IMG/VR virus record: IMGVR_UViG_3300020045_000602 | Location: 1-25,552 of that record | Reading direction: 5' to 3' (one strand) | Source: a virus | Taxonomy: Duplodnaviria > Caudoviricetes | DNA length: 25,552 nucleotides | In this document: in pieces, positions 25,371 through 25,552 of the stretch | How the letters are laid out: every line of letters begins with the position of its first letter | Numbering within the stretch: the first letter of the stretch is position 1 | Notes under the pieces: model-generated | Databases searched by the model: none | The model's input: only the letters and a program-made list of their open reading frames with translations | Told to the model about the DNA's origin: nothing | Translations under genes and position numbers: made by a program

Positions 25371-25523
25371 TCACCGCATTGTGCTGTCATTTGCTTCTTT
25401 CGGTTTATATTCAACTTTAGGCTTTGCTGCATATTCACGTTGCAGTATTTTACTGCATTTAGTGTGATTATGCCCTGAACGTGGTAATTTGCAAACAGTA
25501 CAGTGATAGGGGTTAAGTTTCAT
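25371..25523 (-). CDS. 50-aa putative zinc-finger phage protein (not in ORF track)
   Basis: MKLNPYHCTVCKLPRSGHNHTKCSKILQREY..., with a C-x2-C-x8-H-x2-C pattern. Confidence 0.65.
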   Translation of the reverse strand: MKLNPYHCTVCKLPRSGHNHTKCSKILQREYAAKPKVEYKPKEANDSTMR

Positions 25524-25552
25524 TCTGGCGCTTTCATATAAAATTTAATTGC

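Larger units (their letters stand above)
1..25552. mobile_element. Tailed phage/prophage segment (siphovirus-like; late operon on the minus strand)
   Basis: Canonical terminase-portal-head-tail-lysis gene order. No host housekeeping genes or att site seen, so free phage versus prophage cannot be decided. Confidence 0.97.

Noticed and set aside
25304-25390. 28-aa minus-strand ORF MTAQCGECAITPQVSGNVLLCIPFRIGR
   Set aside because: It fills a gap and has CxxC, but it is too short and lacks a clear SD.
1-25552. CRISPR array, rRNA or stop-codon reassignment
   Set aside because: No spaced repeats or rRNA-like sequence. Core genes are full length in the standard code and TAA, TAG and TGA all serve as stops.

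Overview
The window is a 25.5-kb segment of a tailed dsDNA phage or prophage with a long non-contractile tail. The host is Gram-negative (spanins, sigma70-type promoters). The minus strand carries a nearly complete lambdoid-style late operon. From the right it runs: small early genes, a Q-like antiterminator, a pR'/tR'-like promoter and terminator, a GIY-YIG endonuclease, terS, terL, portal, gp7/MuF, scaffold, P22-type coat, head-tail joining genes, a short tail-tube-like gene, an HNH-AP2 endonuclease, the main tail tube, frameshifted tail chaperones, tape measure, two tail-tip genes, four small membrane proteins, a 760-aa SGNH protein, a GH19 endolysin and Rz/Rz1. Four small early-type genes on the plus strand converge on the lysis genes, with no integrase at the junction. 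The best leads are: (1) a SymR-like cis-antisense RNA with its own promoter over the start of the HNH-AP2 gene; (2) two dissimilar tail-tube genes flanking that cassette; (3) a promoter, an unannotated 46-aa membrane ORF and a structured RNA at the early/late junction; (4) recurrent C-AGA-G triloop hairpins over ribosome-binding sites. All family calls come from motifs recognised by eye. No searches were run.
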